Virus record (IMG/VR): IMGVR_UViG_3300009103_001934
Span: 1-64,000 of that record
DNA length: 64,000 bases
Source: a virus
Strand: one strand, 5' to 3'
In this document: in pieces, positions 57,130 to 64,000 of the stretch
Numbering within the stretch: the first letter of the stretch is position 1
Layout: every line of letters begins with the position of its first letter
Notes under the pieces: model-generated
What the model was told of the DNA's origin: nothing
Databases searched by the model: none
Seen by the model: the letters and a program-made list of their open reading frames with translations, nothing else
Position numbers and translations under genes: made by a program

Positions 57130-57459
57130 ATGAGATATACATTAACCAATAGACTATTCGACGGCCTTTTCAACAACAACCTTGATTGGGATAACTTTAA
57201 CCATTACGAAGAAAGCGATGAAGATTATAACATCGAACTTAACCTCGCTGGGATTAATAAAGACAATATTGATCTCTCTGTGGACGGAGATATTCTTAAA
57301 GTAAAGGCAGAACAAGGTAATAAAAATTATTTTAAATCATATTTAGTCCCATCAAAAGCGGATAAAAGTAACATTCTTGCTAGACATGAAGACGGAATGC
57401 TTTATATTAAATTCACAAAAAGGGAGGAAGAAAAAAGTAAAAAAATAATTATCAATTAA
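57130..57459 (+). CDS. Small heat shock protein (Hsp20/alpha-crystallin)
   Basis: YNIELNLAGINKDNIDLSV, ILARHEDGMLYIKF..K, KKIII. Confidence 0.92.
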   Translation: MRYTLTNRLFDGLFNNNLDWDNFNHYEESDEDYNIELNLAGINKDNIDLSVDGDILKVKAEQGNKNYFKSYLVPSKADKSNILARHEDGMLYIKFTKREEEKSKKIIIN

Positions 57460-57460
57460 C

Positions 57461-57489
57461 TTGACTCGACTAAGGAACGGTGTTATCAT
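57461..57489 (+). promoter_or_regulatory. Sigma70-type promoter TTGACT-17-TATCAT with extended -10
   Basis: 11 nt upstream of ATG 57501. Confidence 0.7.
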
Positions 57490-57500
57490 AGCTTCAACAT

Positions 57501-57722
57501 ATGAAAAGAACAGAAACAGAAACTAACAACAGCCAGTTCACGACAGTTAAGACTGCGTATGCGCGGATCGCAGTGCTTTTGCTTGCGATTAACTTTTGCT
57601 TGACTGGTTATGTAGTATATAGCATGAACAGCACGATGCAGGATCAGATCGATAATGTCACTGGTGCCGTAGAACCTCAACCCTTAGTCCAAGACGCCAA
57701 AGGGAAAGATCAAGCTCAATAA
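57501..57722 (+). CDS. Small single-pass membrane protein
   Basis: Hydrophobic IAVLLLAINFCLTGYVVYSM segment. Confidence 0.65.
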   Translation: MKRTETETNNSQFTTVKTAYARIAVLLLAINFCLTGYVVYSMNSTMQDQIDNVTGAVEPQPLVQDAKGKDQAQ

Positions 57723-57727
57723 AAATT

Positions 57728-57746
57728 GGCTAGTTGAGCACTAGCC
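57728..57746 (+). other. 7-bp hairpin GGCTAGT-TGAGC-ACTAGCC
   Basis: Exact inverted repeat just upstream of the terminator. Confidence 0.6.
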
Positions 57747-57758
57747 TTCCTCATGCAC

Positions 57759-57793
57759 CCCACTGCGAAATCTTTTTCGCAGTGGGCTTTTTT
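57759..57793 (+). terminator. Rho-independent terminator
   Basis: 12-bp stem CCCACTGCGAAA/TTTCGCAGTGGG, 4-nt loop, then CTTTTTT. Confidence 0.88.
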
Positions 57794-57796
57794 ATG

Positions 57797-57802
57797 GTGT
57801 AA
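57797..57802 (+). promoter_or_regulatory. GTGTAA putative late-promoter motif
   Basis: Immediately after the terminator, 8 nt before GTG 57811. Confidence 0.55.
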
Positions 57803-57810
57803 TTAGATAT

Positions 57811-58143
57811 GTGCATGACTTAGTAAAGGAGGTAGTATCAGAGCTCATAGATCAGTCCCGCGAATACGACTCCTGTCCGCTTCAAATTAAAAAGATAGAG
57901 TCAGAAGGTTACCTCATGTCCAGCCACAACCAAAATAAAGTCGTGGCTATAGGTATACTTCATATTCTTAATGAGAAAAAAGAAAAAGAAGAGATGATAG
58001 GGGCATTTTCTATTGATGTAAAAAAGTATAAGTGGGCAGACGCAGAAGGGTTTACGCATGATGATATGATAGATCGATTAACTGATGAAGTATTTACCCT
58101 AATGGGTATAGACGAAGTAGTTCCGTATCTTTGCTCCAAGTAG
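57811..58143 (+). CDS. Hypothetical protein
   Basis: ORF track. Confidence 0.65.
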   Translation: MHDLVKEVVSELIDQSREYDSCPLQIKKIESEGYLMSSHNQNKVVAIGILHILNEKKEKEEMIGAFSIDVKKYKWADAEGFTHDDMIDRLTDEVFTLMGIDEVVPYLCSK

Positions 58144-58150
58144 TTTCAAT

Positions 58151-58179
58151 TTGCTTTTTTTTCTTTTTTGCTTTATTAT
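58151..58179 (+). promoter_or_regulatory. Sigma70-type promoter TTGCTT-17-TATTAT
   Basis: 18 nt upstream of ATG 58198, with an AGGGGG SD-like site. Confidence 0.5.
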
Positions 58180-58197
58180 ATACAGGGGGTAATTTTT

Positions 58198-58464
58198 ATG
58201 TCCATGGATTTTGTATATGACCTGAAGGAAAAGCTCGAGGAGCAGAAGATGGAATACGCGATTTGCGTTATGAAGCCCCTAAAAAACGGGGATACTAAGG
58301 TAGAATTTTTTTATAACATAGAAAACGATGAATCATTCGAGTCTATGTGCGACGCCATGAATATTGTATGCGGCGGAGATCCGGGAGATAACGTAGATAT
58401 AGAGTACGATTCTTATGACGAGCCGGAGCCCACTCCAACGAAACCGACTTCAGATCAAAAATGA
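58198..58464 (+). CDS. Hypothetical acidic protein
   Basis: ORF track; start moved to ATG 58198. Confidence 0.6.
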   Translation: MSMDFVYDLKEKLEEQKMEYAICVMKPLKNGDTKVEFFYNIENDESFESMCDAMNIVCGGDPGDNVDIEYDSYDEPEPTPTKPTSDQK

Positions 58465-59420
58465 TTAATAATTTCGCGGTAATCACGTGTTTTTTTTCTT
58501 ACAGAAAAAACCCCTACATGCTAGAAAGGTATGAGGAATTTAAAGATAGCTTAAAGAGACAGGGGGCAGACCTGTATACCGTAGAGCTCTCAGCCCTAAA
58601 CGGAGAGCATTTTATTAAGGACGCGTTTTGGAAGATAAGAACGAACACGGTCTTATGGCACAAGGAGGCATTATTAAATGCCTTAGTTCGAAAGCTGCCC
58701 AAAGAAGTTCAAAAGATTGCGTGGCTTGATTCAGATATAGTTGTAGAAGAGGACGAGTGGATAAAGCAGGCTAAAAAAATGCTAAATTACTACCAAGTCT
58801 TAGAGCTAGGGGATGTGCATACGATTTATTTAGACCACGATGGAAAAGAAAAAGAAGTAAAGCATACGAACGGTTACGCTTATTATCACAGAAAAGGAGA
58901 CTGGAATAATATGGGTAGGTATCATCCCGGATTTGGCTGGATGGCCAACAGAGATTTTTTCACAAAAGTGGGACTATATGAATACGATATTATTGGAGGA
59001 GGAGATGGAGTAATGATGAGGAGCTTTGGTGAGGAAGGTGCGTTCGATAAAGAAAAGAATACTTGGAAAAGGCATCAGTATATGAAATATTGCCCGTCTA
59101 TTCTTCCACACCTAGAGAGCTACACTCGAAAAGCGTTTGATTATACCCAAGGGAATATGGGATTTGTCCCAACAAATGTTATACATAAATTTCATGGAGA
59201 AAGAGCGAACAGAGGGTACACGACTAGAATGAGATTACTGAAAGGGATAGATGTAGATAGAGATCTAAAAAAAGATAAAAATGGAATCTTCGAATGGAAA
59301 GACTGCAATTATAATGATAGATTTAATGAGTTCTTTATGATTAAAAATGACTTAGATCCCATGAACCATTATGAGTATGACAGAACCGGGTACGTAATTT
59401 ATGATGGGCATTATGAATGA
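58461..59420 (+). CDS. GT-A fold glycosyltransferase-like protein
   Basis: LWHKEALLN, IAWLDSD (DxD), GFGW, IIGGGD, HKFHG motifs. Confidence 0.75.
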   Translation: MINNFAVITCFFSYRKNPYMLERYEEFKDSLKRQGADLYTVELSALNGEHFIKDAFWKIRTNTVLWHKEALLNALVRKLPKEVQKIAWLDSDIVVEEDEWIKQAKKMLNYYQVLELGDVHTIYLDHDGKEKEVKHTNGYAYYHRKGDWNNMGRYHPGFGWMANRDFFTKVGLYEYDIIGGGDGVMMRSFGEEGAFDKEKNTWKRHQYMKYCPSILPHLESYTRKAFDYTQGNMGFVPTNVIHKFHGERANRGYTTRMRLLKGIDVDRDLKKDKNGIFEWKDCNYNDRFNEFFMIKNDLDPMNHYEYDRTGYVIYDGHYE

Positions 59421-60136
59421 AAATAAAATTGCTAACATCATATTATGAGTGTAAAAATGAGCACAGGCAAAAAGAATACCTTACGTGCTTAAAAGAAAAT
59501 TTATCTAAGGAGTTCATAGATGAAATTGTATTGTTTATAATGGATAACCTTGCTGATCCGGGATATACCGATCAGAAAATAACTTACGTTGAAAACCCAG
59601 AGCACACTTACAGGAGCTACATAGAATACTGTAATGAGCATCTTAAAGGAGAGATATGTGTCATAGCTAATAGTGATATGATTTTGGATGAATCAATAAA
59701 GCAGCTAGAACATGAAGATATGAGCGAGAGGTTCCTGTGCTTAACGAGGTGGAATATAAAAGATAATGGCGAAACGGAGTTTTATCGCCCTCCGCACGGG
59801 TCAGAAAAAAGTCAAGACGTATGGATATTTAAATCTCCGATAGCTATAGATACAAGCGAAGCGAATATCCCCTTGGCTCATCAAGGTTGCGACAGTAGGA
59901 TAGCTATGGTAGCACTTAAAAGTGGACTGAAGGTATCAAACCCTAGTCTTAAGATAAAGGTAAATCATTTACACCTAGTCGATTACAGAACTACAGCGGG
60001 AGACCGAAAAAAAAGAGTTTTGGGAGACTATCTTTTTGTAGAGCCTTCGGACAGCGTTATCCAACCAGCAAATTATGTAAAAGTCAAAGCGTGGTACGAT
60101 CAAGGCGAGAAACTTAAGTTTAAAAAGTATAAATGA
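59417..60136 (+). CDS. GT-A fold glycosyltransferase-like protein
   Basis: VIANSDMILD, SQDVWIF, GCDSRI, HLH motifs. Confidence 0.7.
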   Translation: MKIKLLTSYYECKNEHRQKEYLTCLKENLSKEFIDEIVLFIMDNLADPGYTDQKITYVENPEHTYRSYIEYCNEHLKGEICVIANSDMILDESIKQLEHEDMSERFLCLTRWNIKDNGETEFYRPPHGSEKSQDVWIFKSPIAIDTSEANIPLAHQGCDSRIAMVALKSGLKVSNPSLKIKVNHLHLVDYRTTAGDRKKRVLGDYLFVEPSDSVIQPANYVKVKAWYDQGEKLKFKKYK

Positions 60137-61056
60137 AAACAGACATCTTAGTTACGGGAGGAACCGGCTTGGTAGGGAAAGCAATACAGTCTTTAAGTCC
60201 GGAGGGGGTACAGTACCTTTCCTCAAAGACTTATGACTTAAGGCGCGTGACGCATGCAGAAGAGATGTTTAGAGTTTATAAACCTAAGAAAGTTATACAC
60301 CTAGCTGGGACAGTAGGAGGGGTCAAAGCGAACGCGGAATACCCAGTCCAGTTTTTCAACGATAACCTTGAGATGAATTCAAATGTTATAAAGCTGTGCT
60401 ATAAGTACAAAGTAAAAAAATTAATTTGTGCATTAAGCTCCTGTATTTACCCGAACAACGCAGACTACCCCATTAAGGAGGACTATTTACACCTTGGCCC
60501 GCCTCATGAAACAAATTTTGCCTACTCGCACGCTAAGAGAATGATGGAAGTTCAAATGAGGGCCTACCGAAAGCAGTACGGGTGCAATTTTATTGGAGTA
60601 ATACCAACTAATATTTTTGGCGAGCACGATAATTTTAATTTAAATAATTCACATGTAATACCAGCAATCATAAGAAAAATATATGAAGCAAAAAAGTCGG
60701 GCAGCGATGCGTGCCTTTGGGGAGACGGCATGGCCCTCAGGCAGTTTACTTACTCTTTGGATATAGCAAAGATATTAATTTGGCTTGCGAATAATGAATG
60801 TCATTATGATCTAATTAATATAGGGGATGACCGGGAGATATCTATAAGGGAAGCGAGTAGAGAGATTGCGAGCGCCATGGAGTTTACTGGGGATATAATA
60901 TGGGATACTAAAATGCCCAGAGGTCAACACAGAAAGCCTTGCGATATGTCTAGGTTGAAAAGGCTGGGTTTTGAAGACTTTACTAAATTTAAAACGGCGA
61001 TAGAGAATACTACAGAATGGTTAAAAGATAATTATGAAAAAGGAATTAGAATTTAG
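60133..61056 (+). CDS. fcl: GDP-L-fucose synthase
   Basis: ILVTGGTGLVG, IHLAGTVGG..AN, LSSCIYP, YSHAKR, PTNIFGEHDNF, SHVIPAII, WGDG..LRQF. Confidence 0.93.
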   Translation: MKTDILVTGGTGLVGKAIQSLSPEGVQYLSSKTYDLRRVTHAEEMFRVYKPKKVIHLAGTVGGVKANAEYPVQFFNDNLEMNSNVIKLCYKYKVKKLICALSSCIYPNNADYPIKEDYLHLGPPHETNFAYSHAKRMMEVQMRAYRKQYGCNFIGVIPTNIFGEHDNFNLNNSHVIPAIIRKIYEAKKSGSDACLWGDGMALRQFTYSLDIAKILIWLANNECHYDLINIGDDREISIREASREIASAMEFTGDIIWDTKMPRGQHRKPCDMSRLKRLGFEDFTKFKTAIENTTEWLKDNYEKGIRI

Positions 61057-61720
61057 AAAGCCCACGAAGTATGATTCTCTTTTTGTGCTGAAGCAAGCAG
61101 GCTTAAATCCTAAGACGATTTTTGATATTGGGGGCGGATATAGCGGCACTCCATCGTTAGCTCACCGTTTTCAAGAGTCAAAGCACGTGATATTTGAACC
61201 AAAAGAAGAGTATGGCGAAAGTATAATGAAAGAATATATTGATAACGTTAACCAGTTTGAGTTAGTATTCGAAGAGATGGGGGATTCATGGTCAAATAGT
61301 TTAAATCATTTTGTAAAAGATAAAAATTATGATGACCCCTATTTAATTAAAATAGATGTAGATGGAAACGATTACGTCGTCTTACAAGGGTGTACGGATT
61401 TATTAAGTAAGACCGACTGCGTTATAGTGGAAAGTAATATATTTAGATTTTGGATGACGGAAGATCACGCTTACAGCAACCGAGACGTCGCTAGCTTTAT
61501 TGCTTTACTAGAGGGTTATAATTTTTTTCTTTTTGATATAACAGACCCACTTTATATAGATGGATTTTTAAATACGGTAGATTTAATTTTTTACAAGAAG
61601 GATAAATTTGACATAAAAACCATGAGGCCGGATTGGAGCACAAAAAAAGACAGGAAAATGCAAAGAATATTCTACGAAGACAATCGACCGTCTAAGGAGC
61701 TTATAGAAAATGTTAATTAG
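61034..61720 (+). CDS. FkbM-family methyltransferase
   Basis: IFDIGG, VIFEP, YLIKIDVDG, VIVES. Confidence 0.82.
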   Translation: MKKELEFRKPTKYDSLFVLKQAGLNPKTIFDIGGGYSGTPSLAHRFQESKHVIFEPKEEYGESIMKEYIDNVNQFELVFEEMGDSWSNSLNHFVKDKNYDDPYLIKIDVDGNDYVVLQGCTDLLSKTDCVIVESNIFRFWMTEDHAYSNRDVASFIALLEGYNFFLFDITDPLYIDGFLNTVDLIFYKKDKFDIKTMRPDWSTKKDRKMQRIFYEDNRPSKELIENVN

Positions 61721-62690
61721 AAACGCATTCACTGAAGGCAGGCACCCCTTTTCTGTGCTCTATAAGGGCAATCTAAATCTCTACGTAATAGCGGGGGGGG
61801 TTATGCAGGGATTCGATGCATTACAGTTCGCAACAGAGAAAGATAGATTTATTTCCCTTACTCCATTCGATGCCGGAGAGTATACTTGGAAGAACGAAAT
61901 AAAAGAGTGCGACGATTTAGGAGTAGACATTAATAATATTTTCTACCTATGCAACTACCCAAAGCAATTTGAAGAGTGTAAGTCGTTTGGTATAAACTGT
62001 TCGTACATAGGGGAGAGTAGTTATGTAGACTGGGATTTCTGGAAACCCATGGATATAAGTAAGTCGTATGACGGGCTCTTAAGTTGTAGACCTAATAAGC
62101 ACAAAAGGCCTTGGTTAGCAAGTAAAGTAAAGAACTTGGCTGTGGTTGTCGGCGGGATAACTTCATGGGAAAAATTCCACGGAGAAATAGACATGAGAGA
62201 TATACCCCACGCATTTATTAATGAGAGAGGTTTAAGTCCAGAAGAAATGAGAGAGCTCCATAATTTATCAAGAGCTTATGTTTGTACCTCTTTAACAGAG
62301 GGGGCCTGCAGAAGCTCTTCGCAGTCTTTACTGTGCGGTGTGCCAGTTATATCGATGAGTGACGCCACGGGCGGCAGGGAAGTTTATTATAATAAATACA
62401 ACTCTATTATTTGCGAGCCGACTCAAGAAGCGGTTAAGGATGCCGTAGAGCAAGCGGTCAAAAAGAAATGGGACAGAGAAAAAATAAGAAAGAATTATCT
62501 TGATCAAGCTATGAGTTTTAGAAGGGAGACTTATCAACTTATAGAAAAAATTCTATCAGAGGGAGACATCAAAGAAAGCGGAGAGGAGCTTTTTACGAAG
62601 GCTTATCGGGGCGAACAGGGTTTTGGTTACTTTAGAAGCGGTTACCCGAGAGTGAGAGAAATCAAGGACTTAATGTCAAATAATGTGTAA
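61710..62690 (+). CDS. GT4-like glycosyltransferase
   Basis: KRPWLA, SLTEGACRSSSQSLLCGVPVIS. Confidence 0.8.
   Translation: MLIRNAFTEGRHPFSVLYKGNLNLYVIAGGVMQGFDALQFATEKDRFISLTPFDAGEYTWKNEIKECDDLGVDINNIFYLCNYPKQFEECKSFGINCSYIGESSYVDWDFWKPMDISKSYDGLLSCRPNKHKRPWLASKVKNLAVVVGGITSWEKFHGEIDMRDIPHAFINERGLSPEEMRELHNLSRAYVCTSLTEGACRSSSQSLLCGVPVISMSDATGGREVYYNKYNSIICEPTQEAVKDAVEQAVKKKWDREKIRKNYLDQAMSFRRETYQLIEKILSEGDIKESGEELFTKAYRGEQGFGYFRSGYPRVREIKDLMSNNV
62685..62690 (+). promoter_or_regulatory. GTGTAA putative late-promoter motif
   Basis: 10 nt before GTG 62701. Confidence 0.45.
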
Positions 62691-62700
62691 ACTATTATGA

Positions 62701-63282
62701 GTGATAATATCACACAAACACAAGTTTGTTTATGCTGCCATACCTAAGACGGCGTCGCTGTCTATCAAGACAGCGCTACCACACCCAGATGTTGAGCCCT
62801 ACGATGATCACGTAAAACTTTCTCGTATTTCGGAGCTATTTAAATCTGAAGGCTGGGACCAGAGTCAGTATTTTACTTTTTTAAGTTACAGAAATCCTTG
62901 GGCTATGGTAGTATCTTGTTATGAATACTCCGTTGCTAGACCAGATCATGTCACACATGAATTATATTCTTCTATGACTTTTGAAGAGCACGTGAAAGAA
63001 AATGAATTTTATAGAGGGTACATATTTAATCGCGCCAATCGCGCCGGGTTTGGAGTAGATGAACAGGGCAGGATCTTATACGACTTTATCCTTAAAACTG
63101 AGACGTTTAAAAGAGACTGGGGATATATTTGTAAAAAAATAGGGGTCGATTATAAATCTCCAGAGAGAAAAAATGTAACAGAACATCCGCATTATTCAAC
63201 ATATTATAACGAAAAAACTAAAAATATAGTTGCCGAAGCATACCAAAAAGAGATAGAATACTTTAGATATAAGTTTATCTAA
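62701..63282 (+). CDS. Sulfotransferase family 2 protein
   Basis: IISHKHKFVY..IPKTAS (5'-PSB loop), RNPW..VS.Y, N.T...YS.YY. Confidence 0.88.
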   Translation: MIISHKHKFVYAAIPKTASLSIKTALPHPDVEPYDDHVKLSRISELFKSEGWDQSQYFTFLSYRNPWAMVVSCYEYSVARPDHVTHELYSSMTFEEHVKENEFYRGYIFNRANRAGFGVDEQGRILYDFILKTETFKRDWGYICKKIGVDYKSPERKNVTEHPHYSTYYNEKTKNIVAEAYQKEIEYFRYKFI

Positions 63283-63285
63283 ATT

Positions 63286-63804
63286 ATGTACGAAGATGTT
63301 AAGTGTTTACTGTCCGAAGAAGATAAGCAAGTTCTTTTGAATTTATCTGAAGAATGTCGCGCGTTAGAAGGGGACTATTTAGAAATAGGTTGTTATGAGG
63401 GTGGGTCCACGTTACACATATGTCATAACATGCCTCAAGATAAGAAGTTGCACGTTTTTGATTTTTATTACAGAGAATATTTCGAAGATAATATCATAAA
63501 ACATCGCATCAAAGATAAAATTATTTTTTACCAAGGAGATTTTACCGAAACATATAACGATTTACCTCCGGATGATAGATTTGCGTTTATATTTGTAGAT
63601 AATAATCATAGTTATGATAATACCAGAATTCCCATGGAAAGACTATGGCCGCGACTAAACGCGGGGGGATACATGCTATTTCATGACTACGGCCATATAA
63701 ATTACCCCGGGGTTAAAGATTATTTGGATTCGTTACCCGAACAAAAAGACAGGGAGCTAATAGGAAAAATGGGCTGCTCATTTGGGTTTAAAAAGAAAAA
63801 ATGA
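63286..63804 (+). CDS. Class I SAM methyltransferase (TylF/Methyltransf_24-like)
   Basis: YLEIGCYEGGS, FIFVDNNHSY, GGYMLFHDY. Confidence 0.87.
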   Translation: MYEDVKCLLSEEDKQVLLNLSEECRALEGDYLEIGCYEGGSTLHICHNMPQDKKLHVFDFYYREYFEDNIIKHRIKDKIIFYQGDFTETYNDLPPDDRFAFIFVDNNHSYDNTRIPMERLWPRLNAGGYMLFHDYGHINYPGVKDYLDSLPEQKDRELIGKMGCSFGFKKKK

Positions 63805-64000
63805 ACGGGATAACTCAATATAAAAACGTTTTCGTTCACGGAAGGAGTGGGCTAGTCGTAGACGAGCACCATAACCTTATAGACCACCCCCTAAACTCAC
63901 ATTATTGGAGACACGCTTATCCACTTCGAGTGATAAACCCTCCGCCGGGCGTACTCGCAGAGAGCACGGACTTTAAGTTAGAGCACATGAAGGCTATGAT
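63801..64000 (+). CDS. Partial ORF (3'-truncated), possibly GT61/DUF563-like
   Basis: Not in the ORF track. ATG 63801 overlaps the previous stop; the frame MNGITQYKNVFVHGRSGLVVDEH... stays open to the window end. Confidence 0.5.
   Translation, partial: MNGITQYKNVFVHGRSGLVVDEHHNLIDHPLNSHYWRHAYPLRVINPPPGVLAESTDFKLEHMKAM

Noticed and set aside
59448-59460. GTGTAA occurrences inside coding regions (e.g. near 16170, 20073, 59450, 61975)
   Set aside because: Not at the characteristic distance from a start codon; expected by chance in AT-rich DNA.
235-63061. Numerous short 60-170 aa ORFs antisense or out of frame to major genes in the ORF track
   Set aside because: Fully nested in well-supported genes, with no motifs or expression signals; treated as shadow ORFs.
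1-64000. Alternative genetic code or stop-codon reassignment
   Set aside because: Very long ORFs (up to 2948 aa) and intact conserved enzymes read cleanly in the standard code; genes end in TAA, TGA or TAG and abut neighbours.
1-64000. tRNA, tmRNA, rRNA genes or a CRISPR array
   Set aside because: No cloverleaf with GGTTCGAATCC-type T-arm, no tmRNA termini and no regularly spaced repeat-spacer array seen; the Cas4-like gene has no array nearby.

Overview
64 kb segment of a large tailed dsDNA bacteriophage genome (siphovirus-type tail tip), read in standard genetic code with dense, often overlapping ORFs. No tRNA, rRNA, CRISPR array or integrase was seen. 1-14.3 kb: tail module, with a 5'-truncated tape measure on + and lambda-like M-L-K(JAB)-I-J plus fibre genes on -. 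14.3-25.5 kb: SSAP-like gene, dCMP deaminase, a glycosyltransferase (GT) cassette including a NodZ-like fucosyltransferase, dNMP kinase and a phage sigma factor. 25.5-33.5 kb: nrdA/nrdB (R2 of class Ic type), gmd, recA, methyltransferases and an endonuclease. 33.5-46.4 kb: two giant Cys-rich orphan ORFs (1302 aa with Thr/Ala mucin-like stalks, and 2948 aa). 46.4-54.8 kb: bacterial-type replisome (DnaB, DnaG, Cas4-like nuclease, DNA Pol III split into PHP, exonuclease and core). 54.8-64 kb: GTs, Hsp20, GDP-fucose synthase, methyltransferases and a sulfotransferase. Main hypotheses: (1) the phage encodes a GDP-fucose/methyl/sulfate glycan pathway that may decorate its own giant mucin-like proteins; (2) three promoter classes are readable in the DNA: near-leaderless sigma70, a GTGTAA putative late motif, and a consensus sigma54 promoter on Hsp20; (3) a candidate ~64-nt ncRNA. 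All functional calls come from motif recognition by eye; no database searches were run.
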